DNA of 64,000 nucleotides, taken from NCBI GenBank assembly GCA_964016885.1, contig OZ024744.1, positions 620,001 to 684,000 of the forward strand, read 5' to 3'. A program made the position numbers and the translations under genes. Every line of letters starts with the position of its first letter. The first letter of the stretch is position 1. Shown here piece after piece: positions 13,101-27,400 of this stretch. The notes beneath the pieces are model-generated. The model did no database searches, had not been told where the DNA came from, and saw only the letters and a list, made by a program, of their open reading frames with translations. Source of the DNA: Eledone cirrhosa (Eukaryota).

Positions 13101-16050
13101 AAGTTTTGAGGGAAGACAAGGTAGAGAAAGATAGCTTGGTGAAGAACGACGTTTTGAGGGAAGACAAGGTAGAGAAAGATAGCTTGATGAAGTACGAAGT
13201 TTTGGGGGAAGACAAGGTAGAGAAAGATAGCTTGGGGAAGAACGAAGTTTTGAGGGAAGACAAGGTAGAGAAAGATAGCTTGATGAAGAACGAAGTTTTG
13301 AGGGAAGACAAGGTAGAGAAAGATAGCTTGGTGAAGAACGAAGTATTGAGGGAAGACTCGGTAGAGAAAGATAGCTTGATGAAGAACGAAGTTTTGGGGG
13401 AAGACAAGGTAGAGAAAGATAGCTTGGTGAAGAACGAAGTTTTGAGGGAAGACAAGGTAGAGAAAGATAGCTTAGTGAAGAACGACGGTTTGAGGGAAGA
13501 CAAGGTAGAGAAAGATAGCTTGGTGAAGAACGACGTTTTGAGGGAAGACAAGGTAGAGAAAGATAGCTTGGTGAAGAACGAAGTTTTGGGGGAAGACAAG
13601 GTAGAGAAAGATAGCTTGATGAAGTACGAAGTTTTGGGGGAAGACAAGGTAGAGAAAGATAGCTTGGGGAAGAACGACGTTTTGTGGGAAGACAAGGTAG
13701 AGAAACATAGTTGGTGAAGAACGAAGTTTTGAGGGAAGACAAGGTAGAGAAAGATAGGTTGATGAAGAACGAAGTTTGGGGGCAGATAAGGTAGAGAAAG
13801 ATAGCTTGGTGAAGAACGAAGTTTTGAGGGAAGACAAGGTAGAGAAAGATAGCTTGGTGAAGAACGAAGTTTTGGGGGAAGACAAGGTAGAGAAAGATAG
13901 CTTGATGAAGTACGAAGTTTTGGGGGAAGACAAGGTAGAGAAAGATAGCTTGGTGAAGAACGAAGTTTTGGGGGAAGACAATGTAGAGAAAGATAGCTTG
14001 GTGAAGAACGAAGTTTTGAGGGAAGACAAGGTAGAGAAAGATAGCTTGGTGAAGAACGAAGTTTTGGGGGAAGACAAGGTAGAGAAAGATAGCTTGGTGA
14101 AGAACGAAGTTTTGAGGGAAGACAAGGTAGAGAAAGATAGCTTGATGAAGAACGAAGTTTTGAGGGAAGACAAGGTAGAGAAAGATAGTTGGTGAAGAAC
14201 GAAGCTTTGAGGGAAGACAAGGTAGAGAAAGATAGCTTGGTGAAGAACGATGTTTTGAAAGAAGACAAGGTAGAGAAAGATAGCTTGGTGAAGAACGGAG
14301 TTTTGGGGGAAGACAAGGTAGAGAAAGATAGGTTGATGAAGAACGAAGTTTGGGGGCAGATAAGGTAGAGAAAGATAGCTTGGTGAAGAACGAAGTTTTG
14401 AGGGATGACAAGGTAGAGAAAGATAGCTTGGTGAAGAACGAAGTTTTGGGTGAAGACAAGGTAGAGAAAGATAGCTTGATGAAGTACGAAGTTTTGGGGG
14501 AAGACAAGGTAGAGAAAGATAGCTTGGTGAAGAACGACGTTTTGTGGGAAGACAAGGTAGAGCAACATAGTTGGTGAAGAACGAAGTTTTGAGGGAAGAC
14601 AAGGTAGAGGAAGATAGCTTGGTGAAGAATGAAGTTTTGAGGGAAGACAATGTAGAGAAAGATAGCTTGGTGAAGAACGAAGTTTTGAGGGAAGACAAGG
14701 TAGAGAAAGATAGCTTGGTGAAGAACGAAGTTTTGGGGGAAGACAAGGTAGAGAAAGATAGCTTGGTGAAGAACGAAGTTTTGAGGGAAGACAAGGTAGA
14801 GAAAGATAGCTTGGTGAAGAACGAAGTTTTGAGGGAAGACAAGGTAGAGAAAGATAGTTGGTGAAGAACGAAGCTTTGAGGGAAGACAAGGTAGAGAAAG
14901 ATAGCTTGGTGAAGAACGATGTTTTGAAAGAAGACAAGGTAGAGAAAGATAGCTTGGTGAAGAACGGAGTTTTGGGGGAAGACAAGGTAGAGAAAGATAG
15001 CTTGATGAAGTACGAAGTTTTGGGGGAAGACAAGGTAGAGAAAGATAGCTTGGTGAAGAACGACGTTTTGTGGGAAGACAAGGTAGAGAAACATAGTTGG
15101 TGAAGAACGAAATTTTGAGCGAAGACAAGGTAGAGAAAGATAGCTTGGTGAAGAACGAAGTTTTGAGGGAAGACAAGGTAGAGAAAGATAGCTTGATGAA
15201 GAACGAAGTTATGAGGGAAGACAAGGTAGAGAAAGATAGTTGGTGAAGAACGAAGTTTTGAGGGAAGACAAGGTAGAGAAAGATAGCTTGGTGAAGAACG
15301 ACGTTTTGAGGGAAGACAAGGTAGAGAAAGATAGCTTGATGAAGTACGAAGTTTTGGGGGAAGACAAGGTAGAGAAAGATAGCTTGGGGAAGAACGAAGT
15401 TTTGAGGGAAGACAAGGTAGAGAAAGATAGCTTGATGAAGAACGAAGTTTTGAGGGAAGACAAGGTAGAGAAAGATAGCTTGGTGAAGAACGAAGTATTG
15501 AGGGAAGACTCGGTAGAGAAAGATAGCTTGATGAAGAACGAAGTTTTGGGGGAAGACAAGGTAGAGAAAGATAGCTTGGTGAAGAACGAAGCTTTGAGGG
15601 AAGACAAGGTAGAGAAAGATAGTTGGTGAAGAACGAAGTTTTGAGGGAAGACAAGGTAGAGAAAGATAGCTTAGTGAAGAACGACGGTTTGAGGGAAGAC
15701 AAGGTAGAGAAAGATAGCTTGGTGAAGAACGACGTTTTGAGGGAAGACAAGGTAGAGAAAGATAGCTTGGTGAAGAACGAAGTTTTGGGGGAAGACAAGG
15801 TAGAGAAAGATAGCTTGATGAAGTACGAAGTTTTGGGGGAAGACAAGGTAGAGAAAGATAGCTTGGGGAAGAACGACGTTTTGTGGGAAGACAAGGTAGA
15901 GAAACATAGTTGGTGAAGAACGAAGTTTTGAGGGAAGACAAGGTAGAGAAAGATAGGTTGATGAAGAACGAAGTTAGGGGGCAGATAAGGTAGAGAAAGA
16001 TAGCTTGGTGAAGAACGAAGTTTTGAGGGAAGACAAGGTAGAGAAAGATA
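10130..16050. repeat. Higher-order repeats of about 1.9-2.15 kb, with a matching block pair at offset 4064
   Basis: Block starts 10286/14350, 10507/14571, 10794/14858, 11176/15240 and 11559/15623 all differ by 4064. An intermediate copy at 12706-13717 lies at offsets 1912 and 2152. Confidence 0.82.
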
Positions 16051-19000
16051 GCTTGGTGAAGAACGAAGTTTTGGGGGAAGACAAGGTAGAGAAAGATAGC
16101 TTGATGAAGTACGAAGTTTTGGGGGAAGACAAGGTAGAGAAAGATAGCTTGGTGAAGAACGACGTTTTGTGGGAAGACAAGGTAGAGCAACATAGTTGGT
16201 GAAGAACGAAGTTTTGAGGGAAGACAAGGTAAAGAAAGATAGCTTGGTGAAGAACGAAGTTTTGAGGGAAGACAAGGTAGAGAAAGATAGTTGGTGAAGA
16301 ACGAAGTTTTGAGGGAAGACAAGGTAGAGGAAGATAGCTTGGTGAAGAATGAAGTTTTGAGGGAAGACAAGGTAGAGAAAGATAGCTTGGTGAAGAACGA
16401 AGTTTTGGGGGAAGACAATGTAGAGAAAGATAGCTTGGTGAAGAACGAAGTTTTGAGGGAAGACAAGGTAGAGAAAGATAGCTTGGTGAAGAACGAAGTT
16501 TTGGGGGAAGACAAGGTAGAGAAAGATAGCTTGGTGAAGAACGAAGTTTTGAGGGAAGACAAGGTAGAGAAAGATAGCTTGGTGAAGAACGAAGTTTTGA
16601 GGGAAGACAAGGTAGAGAAAGATAGTTGGTGAAGAACGAAGCTTTGAGGGAAGACAAGGTAGAGAAAGATAGCTTGGTGAAGAACGATGTTTTGAAAGAA
16701 GACAAGGTAGAGAAAGATAGCTTGGTGGAGAACGAAGTTTGAGGGAAGACAAGGTAGAGAAAGATAGCTTGGTGAAGAACGGAGATTTGTGGGAAGACAA
16801 GGTAGAGAAACATAGTTGGTGAAGAACGAAATTTTGAGCGAAGACAAGGTAGAGAAAGATAGCTTGGTGAAGAACGAAGTTTTGAGGGAAGACAAGGTAG
16901 AGAAAGATAGCTTGGTGAAGAACGACGTTTTGAGGGAAGACAAGGTAGAGAAAGATAGCTTGATGAAGTACGAAGTTTTGGGGGAAGACAAGGTAGAGAA
17001 AGATAGCTTGGTGAAGAACGAAGTTTTGAGGGAAGACAAGGTAGAGAAAGATAGCTTGATGAAGAACGAAGTTTTGAGGGAAGACAAGGTAGAGAAAGAT
17101 AGCTTGGTGAAGAACGAAGTATTGAGGGAAGACTAGGTAGAGAAAGATAGCTTGGTGAAGAACGAAGTTTGAGGGAAGACAAGGTAGAGAAAGATAGCTT
17201 GGTGAAGAACGAAGTTTGAGGGAAGACAAGGTAGAGAAAGATAGCTTGGTGAAGAACGAAGTTTTGACGGAAGACAAGGTAGAGAAATATAGCTTGATGA
17301 AGAACGAAGTTTTGAGGGAAGACAAGGTAGAGAAAGATAGGTTGATGAAGAACGAAGTTTGGGGGCAGATAAGGTAGAGAAAGATAGCTTGGTGAAGAAC
17401 GAAGTTTTGAGCGAAGACAAGGTAGAGAAAGATAGCTTGGTGAAGAACGAAGTTTTGGGGGAAGACAAGGTAGAGAAAGATAGCTTGGTGAAGAACGAAG
17501 TTTTGAGGGAAGACAAGGTAGAGAAAGATAGCTTGGTGAAGAACGAAGTTCTGGGGGAAGACAAGGTAGAGAAAGATAGCTTGGTGAAGAACGAGGTTTT
17601 GAGGGAAGACAAGGTAGAGAAAGATAGCTTGGTGAAGAACGACGGTTTGAGGGAAGACAAGGTAGAGAAAGATAGCTTGGTGAAGAACGACGTTTTGAGG
17701 GAAGACAAGGTAGAGAAAGATACGTTGGTGAAGAACGAAGTTTTGAGGGAAGACAAGGTAGAGAAAGATAGCTTGATGAAGAACGAAGTTTTGAGGGAAG
17801 ACAAGGTAGAGAAAGATAGCTTGGTGAAGAACGAAGTATTGAGGGAAGACTCGGTAGAGAAAGATAGCTTGATGAAGAACGAAGTTTTGGGGGAAGACAA
17901 GGTAGAGAAAGATAGCTTGGTGAAGAACGAAGTTTTGAGGGAAGACAAGGTAGAGAAAGATAGTTGGTGAAGAACGAAGTTTTGAGGGAAGACAAGGTAG
18001 AGAAAGATAGCTTAGTGAAGAACGACGGTTTGAGGGAAGACAAGGTAGAGAAAGATAGCTTGGTGAAGAACGACGTTTTGAGGGAAGACAAGGTAGAGAA
18101 AGATAGCTTGGTGAAGAACGAAGTTTTGGGGGAAGACAAGGTAGAGAAAGATAGCTTGATGAAGTACGAAGTTTTGGGGGAAGACAAGGTAGAGAAAGAT
18201 AGCTTGGGGAAGAACGACGTTTTGTGGGAAGACAAGGTAGAGAAACATAGTTGGTGAAGAACGAAGTTTTGAGGGAAGACAAGGTAGAGAAAGATAGGTT
18301 GATGAAGAACGAAGTTAGGGGGCAGATAAGGTAGAGAAAGATAGCTTGGTGAAGAACGAAGTTTTGAGGGAAGACAAGGTAGAGAAAGATAGCTTGGTGA
18401 AGAACGAAGTTTTGGGGGAAGACAAGGTAGAGAAAGATAGCTTGATGAAGTACGAAGTTTTGGGGGAAGACAAGGTAGAGAAAGATAGCTTGATGAAGTA
18501 CGAAGTTTTGGGGGAAGACAAGGTAGAGAAAGATAGCTTGGTGAAGAACGACGTTTTGTGGGAAGACAAGGTAGAGCAACATAGTTGGTGAAGAACGAAG
18601 TTTTGAGGGAAGACAAGGTAGAGAAAGATAGCTTGGTGAAGAACGAAGTTTTGAGGGAAGACAAGGTAGAGAAAGATAGTTGGTGAAGAACGAAGTTTTG
18701 AGGGAAGACAAGGTAGAGGAAGATAGCTTGGTGAAGAATGAAGTTTTGAGGGAAGACAAGGTAGAGAAAGATAGCTTGGTGAAGAACGAAGTTTTGGGGG
18801 AAGACAATGTAGAGAAAGATAGCTTGGTGAAGAACGAAGTTTTGAGGGAAGACAAGGTAGAGAAAGATAGCTTGGTGAAGAACGAAGTTTTGGGGGAAGA
18901 CAAGGTAGAGAAAGATAGCTTGGTGAAGAACGAAGTTTTGAGGGAAGACAAGGTAGAGAAAGATAGCTTGGTGAAGAACGAAGTTTTGAGGGAAGACAAG

Positions 19001-19309
19001 GTAGAGAAAGATAGTTGGTGAAGAACGAAGCTTTGAGGGAAGACAAGGTAGAGAAAGATAGCTTGGTGAAGAACGATGTTTTGAAAGAAGACAAGGTAGA
19101 GAAAGATAGCTTGGTGAAGAACGAAGTTTGAGGGAAGACAAGGTAGAGAAAGATAGCTTGGTGAAGAACGAAGATTTGTGGGAAGACAAGGTAGAGAAAC
19201 ATAGTTGGTGAAGAACGAAATTTTGAGCGAAGACAAGGTAGAGAAAGATAGCTTGGTGAAGAACGAAGTTTTGAGGGAAGACAAGGTAGAGAAAGATAGC
19301 TTGATGAAG

Positions 19310-22300
19310 AACGAAGTTATGAGGGAAGACAAGGTAGAGAAAGATAGTTGGTGAAGAACGAAGTTTTGAGGGAAGACAAGGTAGAGAAAGATAGCTTGGT
19401 GAAGAACGACGTTTTGAGGGAAGACAAGGTAGAGAAAGATAGCTTGATGAAGTACGAAGTTTTGGGGGAAGACAAGGTAGAGAAAGATAGCTTGGTGAAG
19501 AACGAAGTTTTGAGGGAAGACAAGGTAGAGAAAGATAGCTTGATGAAGAACGAAGTTTTGAGGGAAGACAAGGTAGAGAAAGATAGCTTGGTGAAGAACG
19601 AAGTATTGAGGGAAGACTAGGTAGAGAAAGATAGCTTGGTGAAGAACGAAGTTTGAGGGAAGACAAGGTAGAGAAAGATAGCTTGGTGAAGAACGAAGTT
19701 TGAGGGAAGACAAGGTAGAGAAAGATAGCTTGGTGAAGAACGAAGTTTTGACGGAAGACAAGGTAGAGAAATATAGCTTGATGAAGAACGAAGTTTTGAG
19801 GGAAGACAAGGTAGGGAAAGATAGGTTGATGAAGAACGAAGTTTGGGGGCAGATAAGGTAGAGAAAGATAGCTTGGTGAAGAACGAAGTTTTGAGCGAAG
19901 ACAAGGTAGAGAAAGATAGCTTGGTGAAGAACGAAGTTTTGGGGGAAGACAAGGTAGAGAAAGATAGCTTGGTGAAGAACGAAGTTTTGAGGGAAGACAA
20001 GGTAGAGAAAGATAGCTTGGTGAAGAACGAAGTTCTGGGGGAAGACAAGGTAGAGAAAGATAGCTTGGTGAAGAACGAGGTTTTGAGGGAAGACAAGGTA
20101 GAGAAAGATAGCTTGGTGAAGAACGACGGTTTGAGGGAAGACAAGGTAGAGAAAGATAGCTTGGTGAAGAACGACGTTTTGAGGGAAGACAAGGTAGAGA
20201 AAGATACGTTGGTGAAGAACGAAGTTTTGGGGGAAGACAAGGTAGAGAAAGATAGCTTGATGAAGTACGAAGTTTTGGGGGAAGACAAGGTAGAGAAAGA
20301 TAGCTTGGTGAAGAACGACGTTTTGTGGGAAGACAAGGTAGAGAAACATAGTTGGTGAAGAACGAAGTTTTGAGGGAAGACAAGGTAGAGAAAGATAGCT
20401 TGGTGAAGAACGAAGTTTTGAGGGAAGACAAGGTAGAGAAAGATAGCTTGGTGAAGAACGAAGTTTTGGGGGAAGACAATCTAGAGAAAGATAGCTTGGT
20501 GAAGAACGAAGTTTTGAGGGAAGACAAGGTAGAGAAAGATAGCTTGGTGTAGAACGAAGTTTTGGGGGAAGACAAGGTAGAGAAAGATAGCTTGGTGAAG
20601 AACGAAGTTTTGAGGGAAGACAAGGTAGAGAAAGATAGTTGGGGAAGAACGAAGTTTTGAGGGAAGACAAGGTAGAGAAAGATCGCTTGGGGAAGAACGA
20701 CGTTTTGAGGGAAGACAAGGTAGAGAAAGATAGCTTGGTGAAGAACGAAGTTTTGGGGGAAGACAAGGTAGAGAAAGATAGCTTGATGAAGTACGAAGTT
20801 TTGGGGGAAGACAAGGTAGAGAAAGATAGCTTGGTGAAGAACGACGTTTTGTGGGAAGACAAGGTAGAGAAACATAGTTGGTGAAGAACGAAGTTTTGAG
20901 GGAAGACAAGGTAGAGAAAGATAGCTTGATGAAGTACGAAGTTTTGGGGGAAGACAAGGTAGAGAAAGATAGCTTGGTGAAGAACGAAGTTTTGAGGGAA
21001 GACAAGGTAGAGAAAGATAGCTTGATGAAGAACGAAGTTTTGAGGGAAGACAAGGTAGAGAAAGATAGCTTGGTGAAGAACGAAGTTTTGAGGGGAGACA
21101 AAGTATAGAAAGATAGCTTGGTGAAGAACGAAGTTTTGGGGGAAGACAATGTAGAGAAAGATAGCTTGATGAAGAACGAAGTTTTGGGGAAGACAAGGTA
21201 GAGAAAGATAGCTTGGTGAAGAACGAAGTTTTGAGGGAAGACAAGGTAGAGAAAGATAGCTTGGTGAAGAACGAAGTTTTGGGCGAAGACAAGGTAGAGA
21301 AAGATAGCTTGGTGAAGAACGAAGTTTTGAGGGAAGACAAGGTAGAGAAAGATAGCTTGGTGAAGAACGAAGTTTTGGGGGAAGACAAGGTAGAGAAAGA
21401 TAGCTTGGTGAAGAACGAAGTTTTGAGGGAAGACAAGGTAGAGAAAGATAGTTGGTAAAGAACGAAGTTTTGAGGGAAGACAAGGTAGAGAAAGATAGCT
21501 TGGTGAAGAACGACGTTTTGAGGGAAGACAAGGTATAGAAAGATAGCTTGGAGAAGAACGACGTTTTGAGGGAAGACAAGGTAGAGAAAGATAGTTGGTA
21601 AAGAACGAAGTTATGAGGGAAGACAAGGTAGAGAAAGATAGTTGGTGAAGAACGAAGTTTTGAGGGAAGACAAGGTAGAGAAAGATAGCTTGGTGAAGAA
21701 CGACGTTTTGAGGGAAGACAAGGTAGAGAAAGATAGCTTGATGAAGTACGAAGTTTTGGGGGAAGACAAGGTAGAGAAAGATAGCTTGGTGAAGAACGAA
21801 GTTTTGAGGGAAGACAAGGTAGAGAAAGATAGCTTGATGAAGAACGAAGTTTTGAGGGAAGACAAGGTAGAGAAAGATAGCTTGGTGAAGAACGAAGTAT
21901 TGAGGGAAGACTAGGTAGAGAAAGATAGCTTGGTGAAGAACGAAGTTTGAGGGAAGACAAGGTAGAGAAAGATAGCTTGGTGAAGAACGAAGTTTGAGGG
22001 AAGACAAGGTAGAGAAAGATAGCTTGGTGAAGAACGAAGTTTTGACGGAAGACAAGGTAGAGAAATATAGCTTGATGAAGAACGAAGTTTTGAGGGAAGA
22101 CAAGGTAGAGAAAGATAGGTTGATGAAGAACGAAGTTTGGGGGCAGATAAGGTAGAGAAAGATAGCTTGGTGAAGAACGAAGTTTTGAGCGAAGACAAGG
22201 TAGAGAAAGATAGCTTGGTGAAGAACGAAGTTTTGGGGGAAGACAAGGTAGAGAAAGATAGCTTGGTGAAGAACGAAGTTTTGAGGGAAGACAAGGTAGA

Positions 22301-23790
22301 GAAAGATAGCTTGGTGAAGAACGAAGTTCTGGGGGAAGACAAGGTAGAGAAAGATAGCTTGGTGAAGAACGAGGTTTTGAGGGAAGACAAGGTAGAGAAA
22401 GATAGCTTGGTGAAGAACGACGGTTTGAGGGAAGACAAGGTAGAGAAAGATAGCTTGGTGAAGAACGACGTTTTGAGGGAAGACAAGGTAGAGAAAGATA
22501 CGTTGGTGAAGAACGAAGTTTTGGGGGAAGACAAGGTAGAGAAAGATAGCTTGATGAAGTACGAAGTTTTGGGGGAAGACAAGGTAGAGAAAGATAGCTT
22601 GGTGAAGAACGACGGTTTGTGGGAAGACAAGGTAGAGAAACATAGTTGGTGAAGAACGAAGTTTTGAGGGAAGACAAGGTAGAGAAAGATAGCTTGGTGA
22701 AGAACGAAGTTTTGAGGGAAGACAAGGTAGAGAAAGATAGCTTGGTGAAGAACGAAGTTTTGGGGGAAGACAATCTAGAGAAAGATAGCTTGGTGAAGAA
22801 CGAAGTTTTGAGGGAAGACAAGGTAGAGAAAGATAGCTTGGTGTAGAACGAAGTTTTGGGGGAAGACAAGGTAGAGAAAGATAGCTTGGTGAAGAACGAA
22901 GTTTTGAGGGAAGACAAGGTAGAGAAAGATAGTTGGTGAAGAACGAAGTTTTGAGGGAAGACAAGGTAGAGAAAGATCGCTTGGGGAAGAACGACGTTTT
23001 GAGGGAAGACAAGGTAGAGAAAGATAGCTTGGTGAAGAACGAAGTTTTGGGGGAAGACAAGGTAGAGAAAGATAGCTTGGTGAAGAACGACGTTTTGTGG
23101 GAAGACAAGGTAGAGAAACATAGTTGGTGAAGAACGAAGTTTTGAGGGAAGACAAGGTAGAGAAAGATAGCTTGATGAAGTACGAAGTTTTGGGGGAAGA
23201 CAAGGTAGAGAAAGATAGCTTGGTGAAGAACGAAGTTTTGAGGGAAGACAAGGTAGAGAAAGATAGCTTGATGAAGAACGAAGTTTTGAGGGAAGACAAG
23301 GTAGAGAAAGATAGCTTGGTGAAGAACGAAGTTTTGAGGGGAGACAAAGTATAGAAAGATAGCTTGGTGAAGAACGAAGTTTTGGGGGAAGACAATGTAG
23401 AGAAAGATAGCTTGATGAAGAACGAAGTTTTGGGGAAGACAAGGTAGAGAAAGATAGCTTGGTGAAGAACGAAGTTTTGAGGGAAGACAAGGTAGAGAAA
23501 GATAGCTTGGTGAAGAACGAAGTTTTGGGGGAAGACAAGGTAGAGAAAGATAGCTTGGTGAAGAACGAAGTTTTGAGGGAAGACAAGGTAGAGAAAGATA
23601 GCTTGGTGAAGAACGAAGTTTTGGGGGAAGACAAGGTAGAGAAAGATAGCTTGGTGAAGAACGAAGTTTTGAGGGAAGACAAGGTAGAGAAAGATAGTTG
23701 GTAAAGAACGAAGTTTTGAGGGAAGACAAGGTAGAGAAAGATAGCTTGGTGAAGAACGACGTTTTGAGGGAAGACAAGGTATAGAAAGAT
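19310..23790. repeat. Tandem higher-order duplication, 2294-bp period (48 monomers)
   Basis: Pairs 19348/21642, 19843/22137, 20352/22646 and 20639/22933 have offset 2294. The offset drops to 2246 at 20878/23124, i.e. one monomer is missing. The private variant GATCGCTTGGGG occurs in both copies. Confidence 0.88.
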
Positions 23791-24499
23791 AGCTTGGTGA
23801 AGAACGACGTTTTCGGGGAAGAAAAGGTAGAGAAAGATAGCTTGGTGAAGAACAAAGTTTTGGGGGAAGACAAGGTAGAGAAAGATAGCTTGGTGAAGAA
23901 CGAAGTATTGAGGGAAGACTCGGTAGAGAAAGATAGCTTGGTGAAGAACGAAGTTTTGGGGGAAGACAAGGTAGAGAAAGATAGCTTGGTGAAGAACGAA
24001 GTTTTGAGGGATGACAATGTAGAGAAAGATAGCTTGGTGAAGAACGAAGTTGTGGGGGAAGACAAGGTAGAGAAAGATAGCTTGATGAAGAACGAAGTTT
24101 TGGGGGAAGACAAGGAAGAGAAAGATAGCTTGGTGAAGAACGAAGTTTTGAGGAAAGACAAGGTAGAGAAAGATAGCTTGGTGATGAACGAAGATTTGTG
24201 GGAAGACAAGGTAGAGAAACATAGTTGGTGAAGAACGAAATTTTGAGCGAAGACAAGGTATAGAAAGATAGCTTGGTGAAGAACGAAGTTTTGAGGGAAG
24301 ACAAGGTAGAGAAAGATAGCTTGATGAAGAACGAAGTTATGAGGGAAGACAAGGTAGAGAAAGATAGTTGGTGAAGAACGAAGTTTTGAGGGAAGACAAG
24401 GTAGAGAAAGATAGCTTGGTGAAGAACGACGTTTTGAGGGAAGACAAGGTAGAGAAAGATAGCTTGATGAAGTACGAAGTTTTGGGGGAAGACAAGGTA

Positions 24500-27400
24500 G
24501 AGAAAGATAGCTTGGTGAAGAACGAAGTTTTGAGGGAAGACAAGGTAGAGAAAGATAGCTTGATGAAGAACGAAGTTTTGAGGGAAGACAAGGTAGAGAA
24601 AGATAGCTTGGTGAAGAACGAAGTATTGAGGGAAGACTAGGTAGAGAAAGATAGCTTGGTGAAGAACGAAGTTTGAGGGAAGACAAGGTAGAGAAAGATA
24701 GCTTGGTGAAGAACGAAGTTTGAGGGAAGACAAGGTAGAGAAAGATAGCTTGGTGAAGAACGAAGTTTTGACGGAAGACAAGGTAGAGAAATATAGCTTG
24801 ATGAAGAACGAAGTTTTGAGGGAAGACAAGGTAGAGAAAGATAGGTTGATGAAGAACGAAGTTTGGGGGCAGATAAGGTAGAGAAAGATAGCTTGGTGAA
24901 GAACGAAGTTTTGAGCGAAGACAAGGTAGAGAAAGATAGCTTGGTGAAGAACGAAGTTTTGGGGGAAGACAAGGTAGAGAAAGATAGCTTGGTGAAGAAC
25001 GAAGTTTTGAGGGAAGACAAGGTAGAGAAAGATAGCTTGGTGAAGAACGAAGTTCTGGGGGAAGACAAGGTAGAGAAAGATAGCTTGGTGAAGAACGAGG
25101 TTTTGAGGGAAGACAAGGTAGAGAAAGATAGTTGGTGAAGAACGAAGTTTTGAGGGAAGACAAGGTAGAGAAAGATAGCTTGGTGAAGAACGACGGTTTG
25201 AGGGAAGACAAGGTAGAGAAAGATAGCTTGGTGAAGAACGACGTTTTGAGGGAAGACAAGGTAGAGAAAGATACGTTGGTGAAGAACGAAGTTTTGGGGG
25301 AAGACAAGGTAGAGAAAGATAGCTTGATGAAGTACGAAGTTTTGGGGGAAGACAAGGTAGAGAAAGATAGCTTGGTGAAGAACGACGTTTTGTGGGAAGA
25401 CAAGGTAGAGAAACATAGTTGGTGAAGAACGAAGTTTTGAGGGAAGACAAGGTAGAGAAAGATAGCTTGGTGAAGAACGAAGTTTTGAGGGAAGACAAGG
25501 TAGAGAAAGATAGCTTGGTGAAGAACGAAGTTTTGGGGGAAGACAATCTAGAGAAAGATAGCTTGGTGAAGAACGAAGTTTTGAGGGAAGACAAGGTAGA
25601 GAAAGATAGCTTGGTGTAGAACGAAGTTTTGGGGGAAGACAAGGTAGAGAAAGATAGCTTGGTGAAGAACGAAGTTTTGAGGGAAGACAAGGTAGAGAAA
25701 GATAGTTGGTGAAGAACGAAGTTTTGAGGGAAGACAAGGTAGAGAAAGATAGCTTGGTGAAGAACGACGTTTTGAGGGAAGACAAGGTAGAGAAAGATAG
25801 CTTGGTGAAGAACGAAGTTTTGGGGGAAGACAAGGTAGAGAAAGATAGCTTGATGAAGTACGAAGTTTTGGGGGAAGACAAGGTAGAGAAAGATAGCTTG
25901 GTGAAGAACGACGTTTTGTGGGAAGACAAGGTAGAGAAACATAGTTGGTGAAGAACGAAGTTTTGAGGGAAGACAAGGTAGAGAAAGATAGCTTGATGAA
26001 GTACGAAGTTTTGGGGGAAGACAAGGTAGAGAAAGATAGCTTGGTGAAGAACGAAGTTTTGAGGGAAGACAAGGTAGAGAAAGATAGCTTGATGAAGAAC
26101 GAAGTTTTGAGGGAAGACAAGGTAGAGAAAGATAGCTTGGTGAAGAACGAAGTTTTGAGGGGAGACAAAGTATAGAAAGATAGCTTGGTGAAGAACGAAG
26201 TTTTGGGGGAAGACAATGTAGAGAAAGATAGCTTGATGAAGAACGAAGTTTTGGGGAAGACAAGGTAGAGAAAGATAGCTTGGTGAAGAACGAAGTTTTG
26301 AGGGAAGACAAGGTAGAGAAAGATAGCTTGGTGAAGAACGAAGTTTTGGGGGAAGACAAGGTAGAGAAAGATAGCTTGGTGAAGAACGAAGTTTTGAGGG
26401 AAGACAAGGTAGAGAAAGATAGCTTGGTGAAGAACGAAGTTTTGGGGGAAGACAAGGTAGAGAAAGATAGCTTGGTGAAGAACGAAGTTTTGAGGGAAGA
26501 CAAGGTAGAGAAAGATAGTTGGTAAAGAACGAAGTTTTGAGGGAAGACAAGGTAGAGAAAGATAGCTTGGTGAAGAACGACGTTTTGAGGGAAGACAAGG
26601 TATAGAAAGATAGCTTGGTGAAGAACGACGTTTTCGGGGAAGAAAAGGTAGAGAAAGATAGCTTGGTGAAGAACAAAGTTTTGGGGGAAGACAAGGTAGA
26701 GAAAGATAGCTTGGTGAAGAACGAAGTATTGAGGGAAGACTCGGTAGAGAAAGATAGCTTGGTGAAGAACGAAGTTTTGGGGGAAGACAAGGTAGAGAAA
26801 GATAGCTTGGTGAAGAACGAAGTTTTGAGGGATGACAAAGTAGAGAAAGATAGCTTGGTGAAGAACGAAGTTTTGGGGGAAGACAAGGTAGAGAAAGATA
26901 GCTTGATGAAGAACGAAGTTTTGGGGGAAGACAAGGAAGAGAAAGATAGCTTGGTGAAGAACGAAGTTTTGAGGGAAGACAAGGTAGAGAAAGATAGCTT
27001 GGTGAAGAACGAAGTTTTGGGGGAAGACAAGGTAGAGAAAGATAGCTTGGTGAAGAACGAAGTTTTGCGGGAAGACAAGGTAGAGAAATATAGCTCGGTG
27101 AAGAACGAAGTTTTGAGGGAAGACAAGGTAGAGAAAGATAGCTTGGTGAAGAACGAAGTTTTGGGAGAAGACAAGGTAGAGAAAGATAGCTTGGTGAAGA
27201 ACGAAGTTTTGGGGAAGACAAGGTAGAGAAAGATAGCTTGGTGAAGAACGAAGTTATGAGGGAAGACAGGGTAGAGAAAGATAGTTGGTGAAGAACGAAG
27301 TTTTGAGGGAAGACAAGGTAGAGAAAGATAGCTTGGTGAAGAACGACGTTTTGAGGGAAGACAAGGTAGAGAAGGATAGCTTGGTGAAGAACGAAGTTTT